Source of the DNA: Selaginella moellendorffii
Taxonomy: Eukaryota > Plantae > Lycopodiophyta
Length of the DNA: 64,000 nucleotides
Reading direction: 5' to 3'
NCBI RefSeq assembly: GCF_000143415.4
Contig: NW_003314261.1
Location: 5,606,360 to 5,670,359, forward strand
The notes under the pieces are model-generated. The model did no database searches. It had not been told where the DNA came from and was given only the letters and a program-made list of their open reading frames with translations. Of the stretch, positions 34,701-48,477 are shown piece by piece. How positions within the stretch are numbered: the first letter of the stretch is position 1; every line of letters starts with the position of its first letter. A program made the translations under genes and the position numbers.

Positions 34701-36014
34701 AGCATCAGAAAAGCAAACGACCAAGGCGGAACTTACTTTAGCAACAAGTTTTAATTCCGAAATGGACAGCCCGCGCCTAAAACATATCTGATTATCGAAT
34801 TTACCAACCAGCTAAAACTATTACCTGTAGCCGTAAGTCTTTCTGCTCTCGTCACGCTTAGGGTTCAGAACATAGATGTTATATGCATCTTCCAATTGCA
34901 AATAGTGCGTTAAGCTCTCGAATAAGTATGACATGCTATCCATGTCCACTTGCCAAGTAACTTCAGAATCTGGCCTGCCAAAACGAACAGTAATCTAATG
35001 CAAAATATGACAATGGAGAACCTTGAGTCACTGGTATCTTCCCTCCGGGAGAGAACTTTGATGGCGTACTCAAAAAGCTTAGTTACTTCAGTTCCCATAT
35101 CGATAGTATGCACGGAATAGCTGGATTAAAGAAGGGAGTTATGAACAAACAGCTCAAGCAAAAAAATGACCGACCTTAGTCTCTCATCTCACAATATACT
35201 TACTTGTAGTGCGTATAGCTAACAAGAGGGAGGTGCGGCCTCGGGGTACCATCAGCTCCGACCTTATAAAAGGGTGTAAGATCGTCACCGAGTTGAGGTA
35301 TCCGCGTGTGTTCCAAAACATGATCAATGTTTGTAAACCAGCGCTCCATCTCGTCCTCTCGCAGCTTCACATCTGTAAAACCACGCGAGTTTAAAATAAC
35401 GTACTCAAAGCCTGCTGTCGATTACCATGGTTTCCATGGCCGTCAAAGCCGATGAAGACGAAGGTAATTGGAACAGGTAGATAGATCGCATCGATTTCAG
35501 TCATGTTTAGATACTTGGCAATTCTTCCTACAAGAACACGTATGCGCAAAACGTAAGAACAGAGAGTTTTTCCACTTCTTTTTACCGGAGCCAGTGAAAT
35601 TTGCAAGAGCTTTCTTGCTCAAATCGTGGGACTCGAATCGCTCGAAGTCGTCATAGCCTGCAGTTATCCATAAGAACCAATACACGAACAACAAACATGG
35701 ATATTTCTTACTTCTCCACATCAGAGTGTCGGTCCAGAACTTTTTGGAGCGCGCCATGTCGAAAAGAGAGAGCACCGAAGTCTTGGATTTGAACCTAGAG
35801 GATGTGGTATACACTGCTTGACCCGAAACATCCTGGATCACAGCAAAGAAGATGGAGTGAATCGAGATTTAAGCAGCATTTTCCTCCAAATTCTATGTTC
35901 TTCGCTGGCCCTACTCTAGATTCGACATACCTCGGGAGCGCAGAGCAGAATGCCGAGGAGGAGGCCGATCAAAGCGCGCATCCACGCAGCGCCATAGCGG
36001 CGATCCAGCGCCAT
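31795..36014 (-). CDS. KNS3/SPOT1 (At5g58100-family) secretory-pathway membrane protein homolog
   Basis: Signal peptide; SVLSLF..KKFW, IAKYLNMTEIDAIYLPVPITFVFIGFDGHGN, ERWFTNIDHVLEHTRIP; C-terminal TM plus PRRLKPKIN*; many exons; spans an assembly gap. Confidence 0.82.
33795..33962. other. Assembly gap (N run)
   Basis: 168 N bases inside the KNS3-like gene. Confidence 1.
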
Positions 36015-36099
36015 CGCCGTCAGAGCCGAGCCAGCATCGGATCGATCGAGAGAAGAATTAGGGTTTTAGAAAAGTAGAAAATATTTCGCTCTTTTGGTA

Positions 36100-37184
36100 T
36101 TAGTGGTGTAGCTTGGAGAGAAGATACAAACAACACGATGACAAGAGGATGGACGTGGAGAAGAAGAGAAGCTCCATGCTGGAAGTCACTGGAATTTTCT
36201 TCGACTTCTCAAACATCCCAACGAGCAGCACCATTACTATAACATGCCCGAGCTTTGTCTTGAGCTCGTCCAAGGATCGAATTTCCAGCCACTTTGGACG
36301 CTCCTGGAAAAGAACAATAAACATTTAGTAGGGGAAGAAGAACATAGTTCTATGTTCTTCTTCTTAGTTCATAGAAGCACTTACTCGCAATCTAAAGAGA
36401 CCAAATAAGTTGGATCCACAAACGGTAGTCCTCGAGCCTTCCATACAGTAGCCTCCGGGAACATCCAAGCTCGCAACGAAGAGTTCATACAATCCCATTC
36501 CAAAGATGAGCATCACTGTTCCAACCAGATAGACATCTACGAGAAAAAAAGCAGAAAAAATGAATATTGTTTTCTTGGATGGATGATCTAGAACTCTTAC
36601 CGACAGCTTCTACGAGCAGCAGTATGACTTTTCCAGATCCAACACCGGAATGGCAATTCTGGAAGTACTCGATGAACGATTTGGCGATGTAAGTGGATCC
36701 CTGTGACAAAGATTTATTTTGTGACAAAGATTGCTATTTCGAAGAGAAAACTTTACCTTAACGAAGCAAAGAAGAGCTCCAGCGAGTGATCCAAACACTG
36801 CAAACAGCGTGAAAAATCGACAATTGAAGATCATCTGATAACACAAAGGTTGTAAGTTTCAAGTGATTCTCTAGATAGAAAAACTTCCACTCTTACTCTT
36901 TCCAAGTGTTCCTCCACATTCTTGCTGTTATCACTGATGAGCTGCTGCTTTTGATCCGCTGTTGCCGACACCGATCCATTACCACACGAGAAATTGTAAG
37001 AAGGATCGTGATGGAGCTGCTGCGCCGAGATTAAAAGCCTCTGCGCTCCATTCCTTCCAAAATCCCTTCTATTGTTGATTCTACAATCGACTACGATCAC
37101 TGGCCTTCGATGAATCGTTCCACACTTTTGTGTTTTAATCAATCGTTTCAAAGGAAGAACAAAAGACGCACTGGCAGACGCCAT
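36100..37184 (-). CDS. UPF0114 domain membrane protein, probably plastid-targeted
   Basis: FNCRFFTLFAVFGSLAGALLCFVKG, LVEAVDVYLVGTVMLIFGMGLYELF, SLDELKTKLGHVIVMVLLV. Confidence 0.9.
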
Positions 37185-37216
37185 GGAATCAACTCCACAC
37201 AAAGCTTTTCAATACT

Positions 37217-37277
37217 GCCACGTCGGATAGATTCTCCTGGCGGACAGCCCACCACGTGGATTCCCACACTGACGTGG
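37217..37277. promoter_or_regulatory. ACGT-core (G-box/ABRE-like) cluster in a bidirectional promoter
   Basis: GCCACGTC at 37217, CACGTG at 37253 and TGACGTGG at 37270, between divergent ATGs at 37184 and 37353. Confidence 0.55.
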
Positions 37278-37352
37278 ACAGTTTTTGCCGTTGGTACGAG
37301 AGTGGGATATTCTCCTAATATTTGTAGGGGATCTTTACTCCAGTTTTAACCT

Positions 37353-38352
37353 ATGGCGGCAGCGTTCTCTCTCTCTTCGACCGCCCTGCGCGTCAGCCTC
37401 CGGCGATGGCGTCCCAATGGCGCCACGATTAAATCCGCTAGGAGCAGCAAGAATGTGTTGTTGCGGCCAAGGATCGCGCAATGGCGAGCTCTCGGCGGCA
37501 GTGCGGTGCCGGGATGGAATGCCAAGGAATCGCCCTACGATGTTCTTGGTAAGATTAAGATTTTGGTGGATCAGATCGTTCTTTCTCACACCTGATGTTG
37601 CTATCGAGGCGTGGAAAGAGATTGCAATGAAGAAGGAATCAAGTCTGCCTATCGCCGCTTGGCGAAGCTCTATCATCCAGACGGTACGAGCTTGTTTAGA
37701 TCTTTCTTGTCAGGACGCTTAGCTTTATCTTTCTCAGTGTACAGTGGAGATACCCAGCTACTGGAAGATGAAACCGTGGAGGGAAGATTTATAAAAATCC
37801 AGGCCGCGTACGAGCTCCTCACAAATCAAGAAGCTCGTCGGAGCTACGACTATGACAACAGAAGTGATCCCATGAAGGTTCTTAGTTTTTCTCTTCTCGG
37901 TGTTCTTTTCTTCTTTCTAATCGCTGGAACTTGGAACAGGCGTCCAAGGCTTGGATGGAATGGTTTATCAAGAAGAAGCAAGCATATGAGCAGCGAGGAG
38001 ATCTGGCTGTGACTTTGTGGGCACAGCAGCAGCAAAGAGAGATGAATCTCAAAGCCCGTCAGCTTGCACGACACAAGGTGAAAAGTTCTCGGACACTGCT
38101 TTGCTTGTTCATACGGATAGATGTTTTCTTTCTGAAGCTCAGATGGATCCGGAGGAGGAGAAGCGGATAATCGCGAAAGAGAAGCAAGCCTCCACGATCA
38201 ACTTCGAGACCACTCTCAAGCGGCATACTTTGGTGCTGAAGAAACGAGACATCGAGAGGCGACGAAGCGAAGAAGAGGCTGCCAAGAACAAGCTTGTGCA
38301 GCAACTTCTCGCGTCCGAGGGCCTCGAGCTAGATGATGGAAAAGAAGATTAG
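37353..38352 (+). CDS. DnaJ-domain (type III J) protein with transit-peptide-like N-terminus
   Basis: SPYDVLG..IKSAYRRLAKLYHPD..FIKIQAAYELL; plant-type C-terminal ASKAWMEW..TLKRHTLVLKKRD. Confidence 0.9.
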
Positions 38353-38417
38353 TTTTACTCTCTACCAGGTACCTTCGCGCCATTTAAATCTTTAAACTTT
38401 GGAGCTCGCAGGATGCC

Positions 38418-40226
38418 ATGGGATCGCTCCAATCGCAGTCGCCATGGGCCGATCTCGCCAAGCAAGTCACTCGTCACAGGAAACTCAGCGAACCCGAGCG
38501 CGAATCCAAGCGTCGAGACGGCAATTCCACCCATTTCTTCGCGGACCAGCTCAAGTCGTGCAAGAGCCTCACGAAGGGTCGTCAAATCCACACCCAGATC
38601 CTCGAGACAAAGCACTACCGCAACATCTTCCTCGCCAATCTGGTGATCGAGATGTACGGCAAGTGTGGCAGCGCCGAGGAGGCGCTGCGAGTGTTCAAGG
38701 ATCTGAGCGAACCCAACATATTTTCCTGGAACATCCTTCTCGCGGCGTTGTCACGCAATGGCGAGATCGATCGCGCCAGGATGGCGTTCGAGAAGATGCC
38801 GGTGAGAGACGCGGTGTCGTGGAATGCGATGATCGCAACATATGCCCAGATCGGGCATCTGGAGAAAGCCAAGAACTTCTTTGATCGGATGCCCAAGAAG
38901 AACTCCATCTCCTGGAACTCGCTGATCATGGCGTACGCGCATAGTGGATTCGTGGGCGAAGCGCGAAATCTTCTCTTCGCGATGCCGCAATGGGATCCAG
39001 TGTCGTGGACAACGGTGATCGCAGCGTATGCCGCCGTGGGGGATAGCAAGGAGGCCGTGATCCTCTTCCGGATGATGGATCTCGAGGGGATTCCCGCGGA
39101 TGGAGTGGCGTTCGCGGCGGTGCTGGATGCGTGCGCGAGCCACGCGACGCTGTCCGACGGCGCGGCGATCCACGCGAGCATCCTCGAGAGTGGATTCGCG
39201 ATCAGCACGGTGGTTTCCACCGGATTGGTGAACATGTATGGGAAGTGCGGCAGGCTGCGCGAGGCGAGGGCGATCTTCGATGCGATCGCGTTCCGGGAGA
39301 GGGATCTGGTGCTGTGGACGTCGATGATCGCGGCGTACGCGCAGTGGGGGCGCGGCGAGGCCGCGATCGAGGCGTTCCAGAGCATGCTCTTGGACGGGAT
39401 CGTGGCGGACGAGGTGGTGTTCATCAGCGTTCTCTGCGCTTGCAGCCACGCCGGGCTGCTGGAGCTGGGCTGCCAGTACTTTGCGTCGATCGAGCCGGAC
39501 TATCGGGTAGCGATCGGCGTCCACCACTACGCCTGCGCGATCGATCTCTTGGGAAAGGCTGGCTGGCTGGACGAGGCCGAGAGCTTGATCGAGAGGATGC
39601 CGTTTGATCCGGACGGCGCTTGCTGGACGGCGCTTCTGGCAGCGTGCAAGCTTCACAAGGATGGCGATCGTGCGGAGAGGGCGAGCGAGCGGGCGATGGC
39701 ACTGGATCCCGAGAGCGCCGCTCCCTACGCGCTGCTGGTGAAGATCCAGGGTGGCGGCGAGGCCTCCGAGCAGACGACGCGGCGGCGATTGGAGCGAGGG
39801 GTGCGCAAGCTCGTCCCGGGGTGTAGCTCCATCGTGGTGAGGGATCGGGTGCACGAGTTCACGGCCGGGGCGATGGATCATCCCCGCGCGGCGGAGATCT
39901 ACGAGGAGCTGGAGCGTTTGAGGGCCCCCCTGGCGGAGGCGGGCTACGTTCCGGACACCGGAGTGGTGATCCAGGCGGTGGACGAGCGCGAGAAGGAGCG
40001 GATCGTGCTCGCGCACAGCGAGAAACTGGCAGTGGCGTTTGGGCTGCTCGCGACGCCCGCGAATTCGCCGCTGCGCGTTGTCAACAATCTCCGGATGTGC
40101 TCCGATTGCCACTCCGCCATGAAATTCATCGCGTCCATCACCCGGCGCGAGATTGTGGTGCGCGATCTTATTCGTTTCCACCGCTTTGACGAGCAAGGGC
40201 GTTGTTCTTGCGGGGATTACTGGTGA
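38418..40226 (+). CDS. PLS-class PPR protein with E and DYW deaminase domains (organellar C-to-U editing factor type)
   Basis: Intronless 602 aa; PLS repeats, PG box PGCSSI, HSEKLA, CSDCH, terminal CSCGDYW. Confidence 0.96.
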   Translation: MGSLQSQSPWADLAKQVTRHRKLSEPERESKRRDGNSTHFFADQLKSCKSLTKGRQIHTQILETKHYRNIFLANLVIEMYGKCGSAEEALRVFKDLSEPNIFSWNILLAALSRNGEIDRARMAFEKMPVRDAVSWNAMIATYAQIGHLEKAKNFFDRMPKKNSISWNSLIMAYAHSGFVGEARNLLFAMPQWDPVSWTTVIAAYAAVGDSKEAVILFRMMDLEGIPADGVAFAAVLDACASHATLSDGAAIHASILESGFAISTVVSTGLVNMYGKCGRLREARAIFDAIAFRERDLVLWTSMIAAYAQWGRGEAAIEAFQSMLLDGIVADEVVFISVLCACSHAGLLELGCQYFASIEPDYRVAIGVHHYACAIDLLGKAGWLDEAESLIERMPFDPDGACWTALLAACKLHKDGDRAERASERAMALDPESAAPYALLVKIQGGGEASEQTTRRRLERGVRKLVPGCSSIVVRDRVHEFTAGAMDHPRAAEIYEELERLRAPLAEAGYVPDTGVVIQAVDEREKERIVLAHSEKLAVAFGLLATPANSPLRVVNNLRMCSDCHSAMKFIASITRREIVVRDLIRFHRFDEQGRCSCGDYW

Positions 40227-40380
40227 GTCAACGAGTCAACGGGTAAATTCTAGGGCAGCCGAATTTCTAGGGCAATGGAATGGTCACCGTTAGATATTTT
40301 TGGGGGCGATTCTTTTCTTCCCTCGCATGCTTGCGTCTCATATTTGCTTGCCCTTTCTACCCTAGCTCGAGCTTCCAGCT

Positions 40381-41844
<1,464 letters not shown>

Positions 41845-42147
41845 GAGAGCTCCATAGCTCATATCAATGTAAATACATTAACTATTATCTATCTAAACCA
41901 CCAGGATAAAACACGGAATGGATATTCTTCTCATGTCCGTACTGCCCTTTTTAATGCCTTTCCAAAGCCTAAGACATTTTTTTGTTGGTTTTTTGGTTAT
42001 GGTGTTGCGGCGAGTGGAAATTTCGAGACGATAGATCTGTGAAGGTACGTGATCCCTAGCGGCGCCATGGCGGAGCTCCGCGAAACCCCTTCCTTGATCT
42101 TCGCCATGGCTGATAGATTCTTTCCCAGGTATTGTCGATGGTAGTGG

Positions 42148-45103
42148 ATGACGACCGTCTTAGGTGATGCCGACGGCGCCGGAGGAGAACGCATCCATAG
42201 CCAGGTAAGATTGCGCTCTTCCTCGCGCTGGCTCGCTCGCGTTCCTCGGGGCTAGGGCAGAAGGATTGATCCCCCTTTTCTTGTAGGTTATCGAGCTAGA
42301 GAAGCAGCTGAGAGCCAAGAGCAAGGAAAAGAAGGATGTGCGCAGCTTGAGGGCCAAATTCCGCGAGAAGAGCGTGGCGATCATATTGGGAGACCCCGAG
42401 TTTGCCGAGAAGCGCGACATCGGGGCGTCGCTATGGCACCTCGTCTTCTACAACGTGATAGAGGAGTTTCGGGGCAGGATTCGCGCTGCCGCCTCCGCTG
42501 CCGCCGGGGGAAAGGCAGTGAATCTCCGCAAGCTCTTGGGTGACTTTCGTGAGTTCATCGCCGACGCCACGAAGTTCTACTGTGGCCTCGTCTTGAAGAT
42601 CAAGAAAAAGTATGGCTTGGCACAGGAAGGCCTTGAAGGTGGCGACTCCGACGCTCTGGGGGTAGATAGTAAGAGGCTGACTTACTTCCGGAGGTCTTGC
42701 TATAGGATCTTTATACATCTGGGTGATCTCGCTCGCTACAAGGAGCAGAATCCCGACAGTGAGAACTACTCGCCGGATTGGAAGCTACCAGCTAGTTATT
42801 ATTTCAAGGCTGTGAAGCTATGGCCGGCTACTGGGCATCCTCATAACCAGGTACGTTATGGACTTCCTGATATTAAAGCTGGCTCCTTTCTCATTCCCCT
42901 TGGTTTTTTTTGTCTTTTTGCAGCTCGCTGTTTTAGCAACTTACTCGCACAATGACTTCCTTGCCGTGTATCACTACTTTAGGAGCCTTGCAGTCGATGA
43001 CCCCTTCGTTACGGCGAGAGATAACCTGGTTCTTCTTTTTGAAAGGGTACGGCTTTTTTTTCTTGTCTGCCGTTGCATTTTGTTGACGTGTTGCTTGTCA
43101 CAGAATCGTCAGCAGTATAGTGAGCTATTAGAGAAGAAACGCTCTTTGGATGTCCATAAAAAAAAGCCCGCGAAGGAGCACACGAAAGACGCTGAGAAGA
43201 AGCATTCTGGTGACGACGAAACCGAACTATTGCGAACCTTCTTTATCCGTTTCGTGCGGCTGAATGGAATACTTTTCACCAGAACAAGGTACCACTTTTA
43301 TTTGTTCCTCCAACGCTGTGCTAATGCTAGTTTTCCTTTACCAGCCTTGAAACGTTCTCTGAAGTCTATCAAGAAAGCGTTCGCGACTTGGAGAAATTAC
43401 TGGCTCTGGACGTTTCAACTCTGGAAGGACTATTTTCACCCGAGCTACGGAAAAACTCAGACGTTTCTGGGTTGGCGCTCGTGGTACTTCAACTTGTCAC
43501 AGTCCTCGTATATTCCGTCCCGAGTGGGAGTTCTCGCAGCAGCTACGCAGACGTTCTTCAGCACTCGACTATGTCCAGGCACGCACTCGCGGCAGCTTTC
43601 AAGATTGTGGGGTGCTTCATGTCATCTTGCACGAAGTTCAAGGATATAGGCGAAAGTCCTTTTATGCCAGCATGCCTGGTTTTCTTAGAATGGCTGGCCT
43701 ACAAGCAGGAGTGGGCGATTGGTAGAACGGTAGAAGATGACAAACAGTACGGTGCACAGGGTTTTTTCTGGAAGGAAGCCTTGGCTCTGCTCAACACGGT
43801 CTGTGAGGCTGAAAGTTGGGATGGGGTTGCAGATGAAGCTAGTCCGACTGCCTTATGGGAAGACCATGAGCTGAGGGGTTTCACTCCATTACTTTCGGCA
43901 CAGCTCAGACTAGAGTATGACAATAAGCAGCCTGAAGAAGCGGCGGCTTTGCGACTGCGAAGGCTTTTGTCTGCGGGGAAGTCTATTGCAGAGCTAGTGG
44001 ATGCTAGTGATACCGGTGCAGGCCTCGCCTTCGACAAAGACATGGTTAGATTTTTCTTAGCAGGGAACCACATGGACAGGAGGTCTAGAGAAAAGGTGGT
44101 GCGGAAAGTGCCAGAGCAGGCAGCTAAACAGGAGAAACAGGAGCCTTCCGGACAAATGCTAGTTACTGAACCACCCGCATCAGCTTCCAGCGTTCCTGTC
44201 AATGAAGATGAAGACGACGAAGTTATAGTTTTCAAGCCTGCGGTCAAGGTTGCCCCTCCAGTTCTCACCGATAGGAATGATGGTATGGTCCAGGCAGGGA
44301 CGGTTACACCGCAGGTCCGGGACGATCTGGTGCCGCCGTTGGTTCGAGGCGATCAACTGGTGCCTCAAATCCCGGAAGACTTTCCCGCGCCTCCAATCCC
44401 TGACGACTTCGCTGCGCCACCACAAGCTCGGGATGATTTCACCGCCACCGCCCAGCTACGGGACGACTTTGCGGCGCTCGGTCGAGAGGAACAAGCTCGT
44501 GACGACTTCGCTGCGCAGCCCCCGCAAGCTCGAGACGACTTTATGGCACGGCAGGAGTTCGTGTCACAACAAGCTCGGGAGGAGCTTGCGGCGCTCGTCC
44601 GAGACGACTTCGCGGCGCGAGCAAAGCTGAACAGCGTGCGGCCTCCGCCGGGCTTCGGGCCAATACCGCAGAGGGCCGTCTCAAAGTGGAACGAAGGCTA
44701 TCGGAGTCCTGCTCCTCAGTCGTTATTCGGGACAAATTTCGGCATATGGTCGAACAACATTCCAGTGCCGAAGAGCACAGCGTATCCTTTTCCCGGCATG
44801 GGAATGCGAACGCTCCAGCAGATCGAGCAGCAGCAGCAGCAACAGGCGATTCCAATGCCGCCTTTCCAGCCACCGCAACCTTTGTATAACTCTTGGAAGA
44901 TTAGCGATACGAATGCCCTCGAGCTCCAGCTCCAGCAGCTCCACCACCAGCAGCAGGAGCAACACCAGCTGCATTTGCAACTGCAGCAGCAACTCCAGCA
45001 GCAGCCCCCGCAGCCTCCGCAACCTCAGCATCCGCCGCCGCCGCCGCAGCACCAGCAAGCAGCCTTTCGACCATACTGTCCGCATGATCCGTTCGTCTCA
45101 TAA
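42148..45103 (+). CDS. SMG7: SMG7-like NMD factor (EST1/14-3-3-like TPR domain plus low-complexity C-terminus)
   Basis: LWHLVFYNVIEEFR, IHLGDLARYKE, WPATGHPHNQLAVLA, YFRSLAV..PFVTARDNL, ALWEDHELRGFTPL, DEVIVFKP, RPPPGFGP. Confidence 0.88.
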
Positions 45104-45460
45104 ACGTAAGCTCTTATCACCTTTTCTGGCGCGTTTGTTCTGACTGTGTGATCTCACAGGTCGAAGATGATTGTGCGCACGAGCTTCCAGATGCGTGGCA
45201 TCTCAAAAGCTGTATGAGATCCAACTCGCCATCTACGCAGGAGAACAAGGTAAAAAATGAAGAAAAACTCGATCAGTTTTTGTTCCTCATTAGTTTGCTT
45301 TTCTTCCATGCAGACGTTCCAAAGTTCTCACAATCGATTTGCAACACTAGACCCATGGTGGAAACTCTTAATTTGTTTCCAACCAAAGACATTCAATTTC
45401 TTCTCTAAATTTACAACACTACCTTAGAATAAACTCGATATTTGCTTACTTTGCATGCGT

Positions 45461-47016
45461 TTAGAAGAAGTCTCGATCTGGAAGAACGAGTGGAGCTATG
45501 AGCGACCAAATGTATAGCGCTGCTGTGAACCACATTGTGCCAATCCGGACCCATACCGAAGGCCAGCTAATGTCGATAGCATCCTTGTCTCCGGGATTTC
45601 CCCATCCGGTGAGCAACATAGCCAAGTACATGCTCGCAAGAGCAAAGACGAGATAAAAGAACGAGTAGACATACGTGACAGGATAGTGCTGGGACGATTT
45701 CTTTGCTTCGTGGAAGTTGTGCTCAGATCCAGTGCCACTTAGTTTATGGCTGTTTTCAAGATCTCTCCTCGAGAGCAAAGGTTGCAAAGGAGCATCTGGA
45801 AGAAGAATTAAGTAGAACAACTCACAAAGTTGCTGTATCGTTACCTTCCTCACGAGGAGCTGGCGGTGACAGGAAAGTGGTCGAAGAGCCTGCTCGAGCC
45901 GCGGAGTATATCACGGAGATAAGCGTGGTGGCCATTCCCATGACAAGCGTGTTTGTAGAAACCACCTCTGCGTGCTTGAGCACTCCGATGCACTCGTAGT
46001 CTCGTGGCTCGCTTGACAATGCACTGTAGCATAAGTACACGCAGTAGAGCGCTATCACTGAAGCAGGCAGCAGGCTCCCATTCACCTAGAACAAAAAAAC
46101 CATCCTTCACACTCAGCAGAAAAAACGCTAGCTTACCTGAGGATGCACAGAAATAGCAGCGAAAGCGATGCCAAGAGATAGTGAGGTCGTGATAAAGAAG
46201 AGATTGAGCTCGCAATCTTGATAAGCAGGATTGAACCACTTATACAGGTACCCTGAGAAAACAAAGGTCGTGATGTAGCACACAAAGGACACAGCAAGCA
46301 AGGCGTTATACCTGTGAAGTGTGAATCTTGTTATATGTATGAGGAAAAGAAACTAGGAAGAACACTACCAGAACTGACTCTCTTTGGCAATCCACGCAAC
46401 ATTCCAGTTGTATGTGAAATCCAAAAGCACGACCATCTGGACCAGGAGAAACAAGCCAGACCCAAACCTCGAGAGCTTTCCTGCCAGAAGAACAAAAACT
46501 ATGGTTGTAAATCCAAGAGAAAGAAACACTAGATTTACCATAAGCATCTACGATGTCGTTGGGAAGAAGGATGAGGCAAAGCACAGTGAGACCAGACCAG
46601 ATGATAAGCTTGATCATCCAGTTGCCACGATGCCAAAAGTCCCTGTGATCGCTTTGGTACTTAACTCCAAACATAAGCAGCGCCATTCCAATGAAGAACA
46701 AGAAACTCCCAAAGCACACGCGTAGAACAGCTTGTGTGGCAAACCAATCCTTGCCAGGCGAGTAAGGGAAGTGATTGATCCCTGCCACAAGCGAAAAAAG
46801 AATAAATGGTGTTGCAAATCGCAAGAACTTACACGGGATTTTCTCCAGGATTGGCCATGCGTGGTCGCGCAGCATCCATGCGAGCAGTAAGGAGAGCGTG
46901 TGGAGGCCGCAATACGCGATTCTTGCTGATCGGCGAGAGATGCTGCTCGCTAATCCCTTACAAGCCTGGCAAGCGCAAGCCGCAGAGCAGGACGCTAGAC
47001 AGGATGTCCCCCACAT
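45461..47016 (-). CDS. Serine incorporator (SERINC/TMS membrane protein)
   Basis: SCLASCSAACAC..RSARIAY, NGSLLPASVIALY..YSALSSEP, YSFFYLVFALASMYLAMLLTGW, WSLIAPLVLPDRDF. Confidence 0.94.
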
Positions 47017-47119
47017 CGCTCGCTGGATCGAGAGAAGCAAAGCCCTAGAATTTGATTACATTGTCCCTCGCTTTAGGGCTTATGCAAATGCCAAGTGTCT
47101 CCTCGCTTCTGGCGCTCAA

Positions 47120-47760
47120 GGAATGCGGCAGCGCGCGTCTGCGATCCAATCCAATGCGCTGGAATCTGGGACAGGAGTGCGAGAGCTTGAGAAGGAGCTG
47201 CTTAGAGAAGGGGGCGGAAATCCATTGCCTTGCTGCGAAGAATGGATTGGAAGAAGATATCTACGTGGCGAGTAGCTTGGTGGATATGTACGTCGAGTGC
47301 GGGAGCTTGGTGGATGCTCTTCGGGTTTTCCGCGGGATTCCAGCAACAATGTGGTCTCGTGGACTGCCATGGTTTTCGGCTACGTGCAAAACGGGGAGTT
47401 CACGATTGAGTTGGAGCTTTTTGCCAGATGCAGTGATCTGGGAGATCAAACTTTTGTCTGCGATCAAGGCGTGCAGTGGCTTAGCAGCGAAAGAAGAAGC
47501 CCGAAAGAGAAAAGGTTGCAAGGTGGTAGTGAAGGAAAGATCATTGGAGAAAGGAAGAGTGATCCACGCTCAAGGCAGCCAGCTGTGGATACGACGGAGT
47601 TATATTCGTCTCGAGCAGCTTGGTGGAGATCTATCACGAAGTGTGGTGGATGCCTGTTGAGTCTTTGAAGGGATTCCACATAACAATGGACGGCAATCAG
47701 GAAACCAATGGTCATTTTGGAACTCTTTGTGTTGATGCAGCAAGAAGGTTGTTTGAGAAC
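47120..47760 (+). pseudogene. Frameshifted PLS-type PPR gene fragment
   Basis: PPR pieces in shifting frames (DIYVASSLVDMYVECGSLVDALRVF / NVVSWTAMVFGYVQNGE / LEKGRVIH). Confidence 0.75.
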
Positions 47761-48477
47761 TTTTCACCTTCTGTCGGACAGCTAAGGGAAGAAAGGTTTT
47801 TTATTTTTAGAAATGAATCAAAATGCAAGTTAAACCTAATTAAATCCAAAATGTTGGCAAGGTAACATCATGAACAACGAGTTTTCAAACATGAAAACAT
47901 CAACAACATCGGCACAACCAATGACCCCGACCACAAACTCACGGCCCGGCTGGTGCTCAAACGTCTTCTCCACGCAGATCTGCGTCGGAGCAAGCCACAC
48001 TAGAACCCCATCCATGAGATACAAAGTCCCCATGAAGCTACCAGCGACATCTTGACTGGAAGAACTTGTGAGATGATGGCGCGGTACCCGTAGATGATCT
48101 TGCTCGTGGCCGGATCGCACAGCGCATCAGCCTACTCCTCCTCGGACATATGCTCCTGCACGACCTGGATCAGCTGCAGTAGAACCACCTGATGGGTGTC
48201 ACACAGCATAGCCTCATAGCTCAGCCTGCCATACCACATCACCTCTCTTGGGCCGCCCTTCTGGAGCAGCTCTTTGTCCAGCAGCACCTTGCAGACGCAC
48301 TCTGGGAGATGGAGCTCGTCGCAAAGATACCCAAAGGTCCTCTGGTGGAGATCGCTGCCCTGGTGCATCCTGTGTTGGGAAGCACAACGTCCATGTCACT
48401 AGCCACATCACATATCCTCACCAACCGTCAAGAGTAGCCACATCCTTTTATATATAACCACCAAAATTGTAGTGCAC

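Noticed and set aside
38751-40196. 481-aa antisense ORF over the PPR gene (and similar long shadow ORFs over the AVT6, SAP and SMG7 genes)
   Set aside because: By-product of GC-rich codon usage on the coding strand; no recognisable motifs.
47850-48420. Coding-like GC-rich segment on the minus strand
   Set aside because: Broken by stops and frameshifts; I cannot assign a family.
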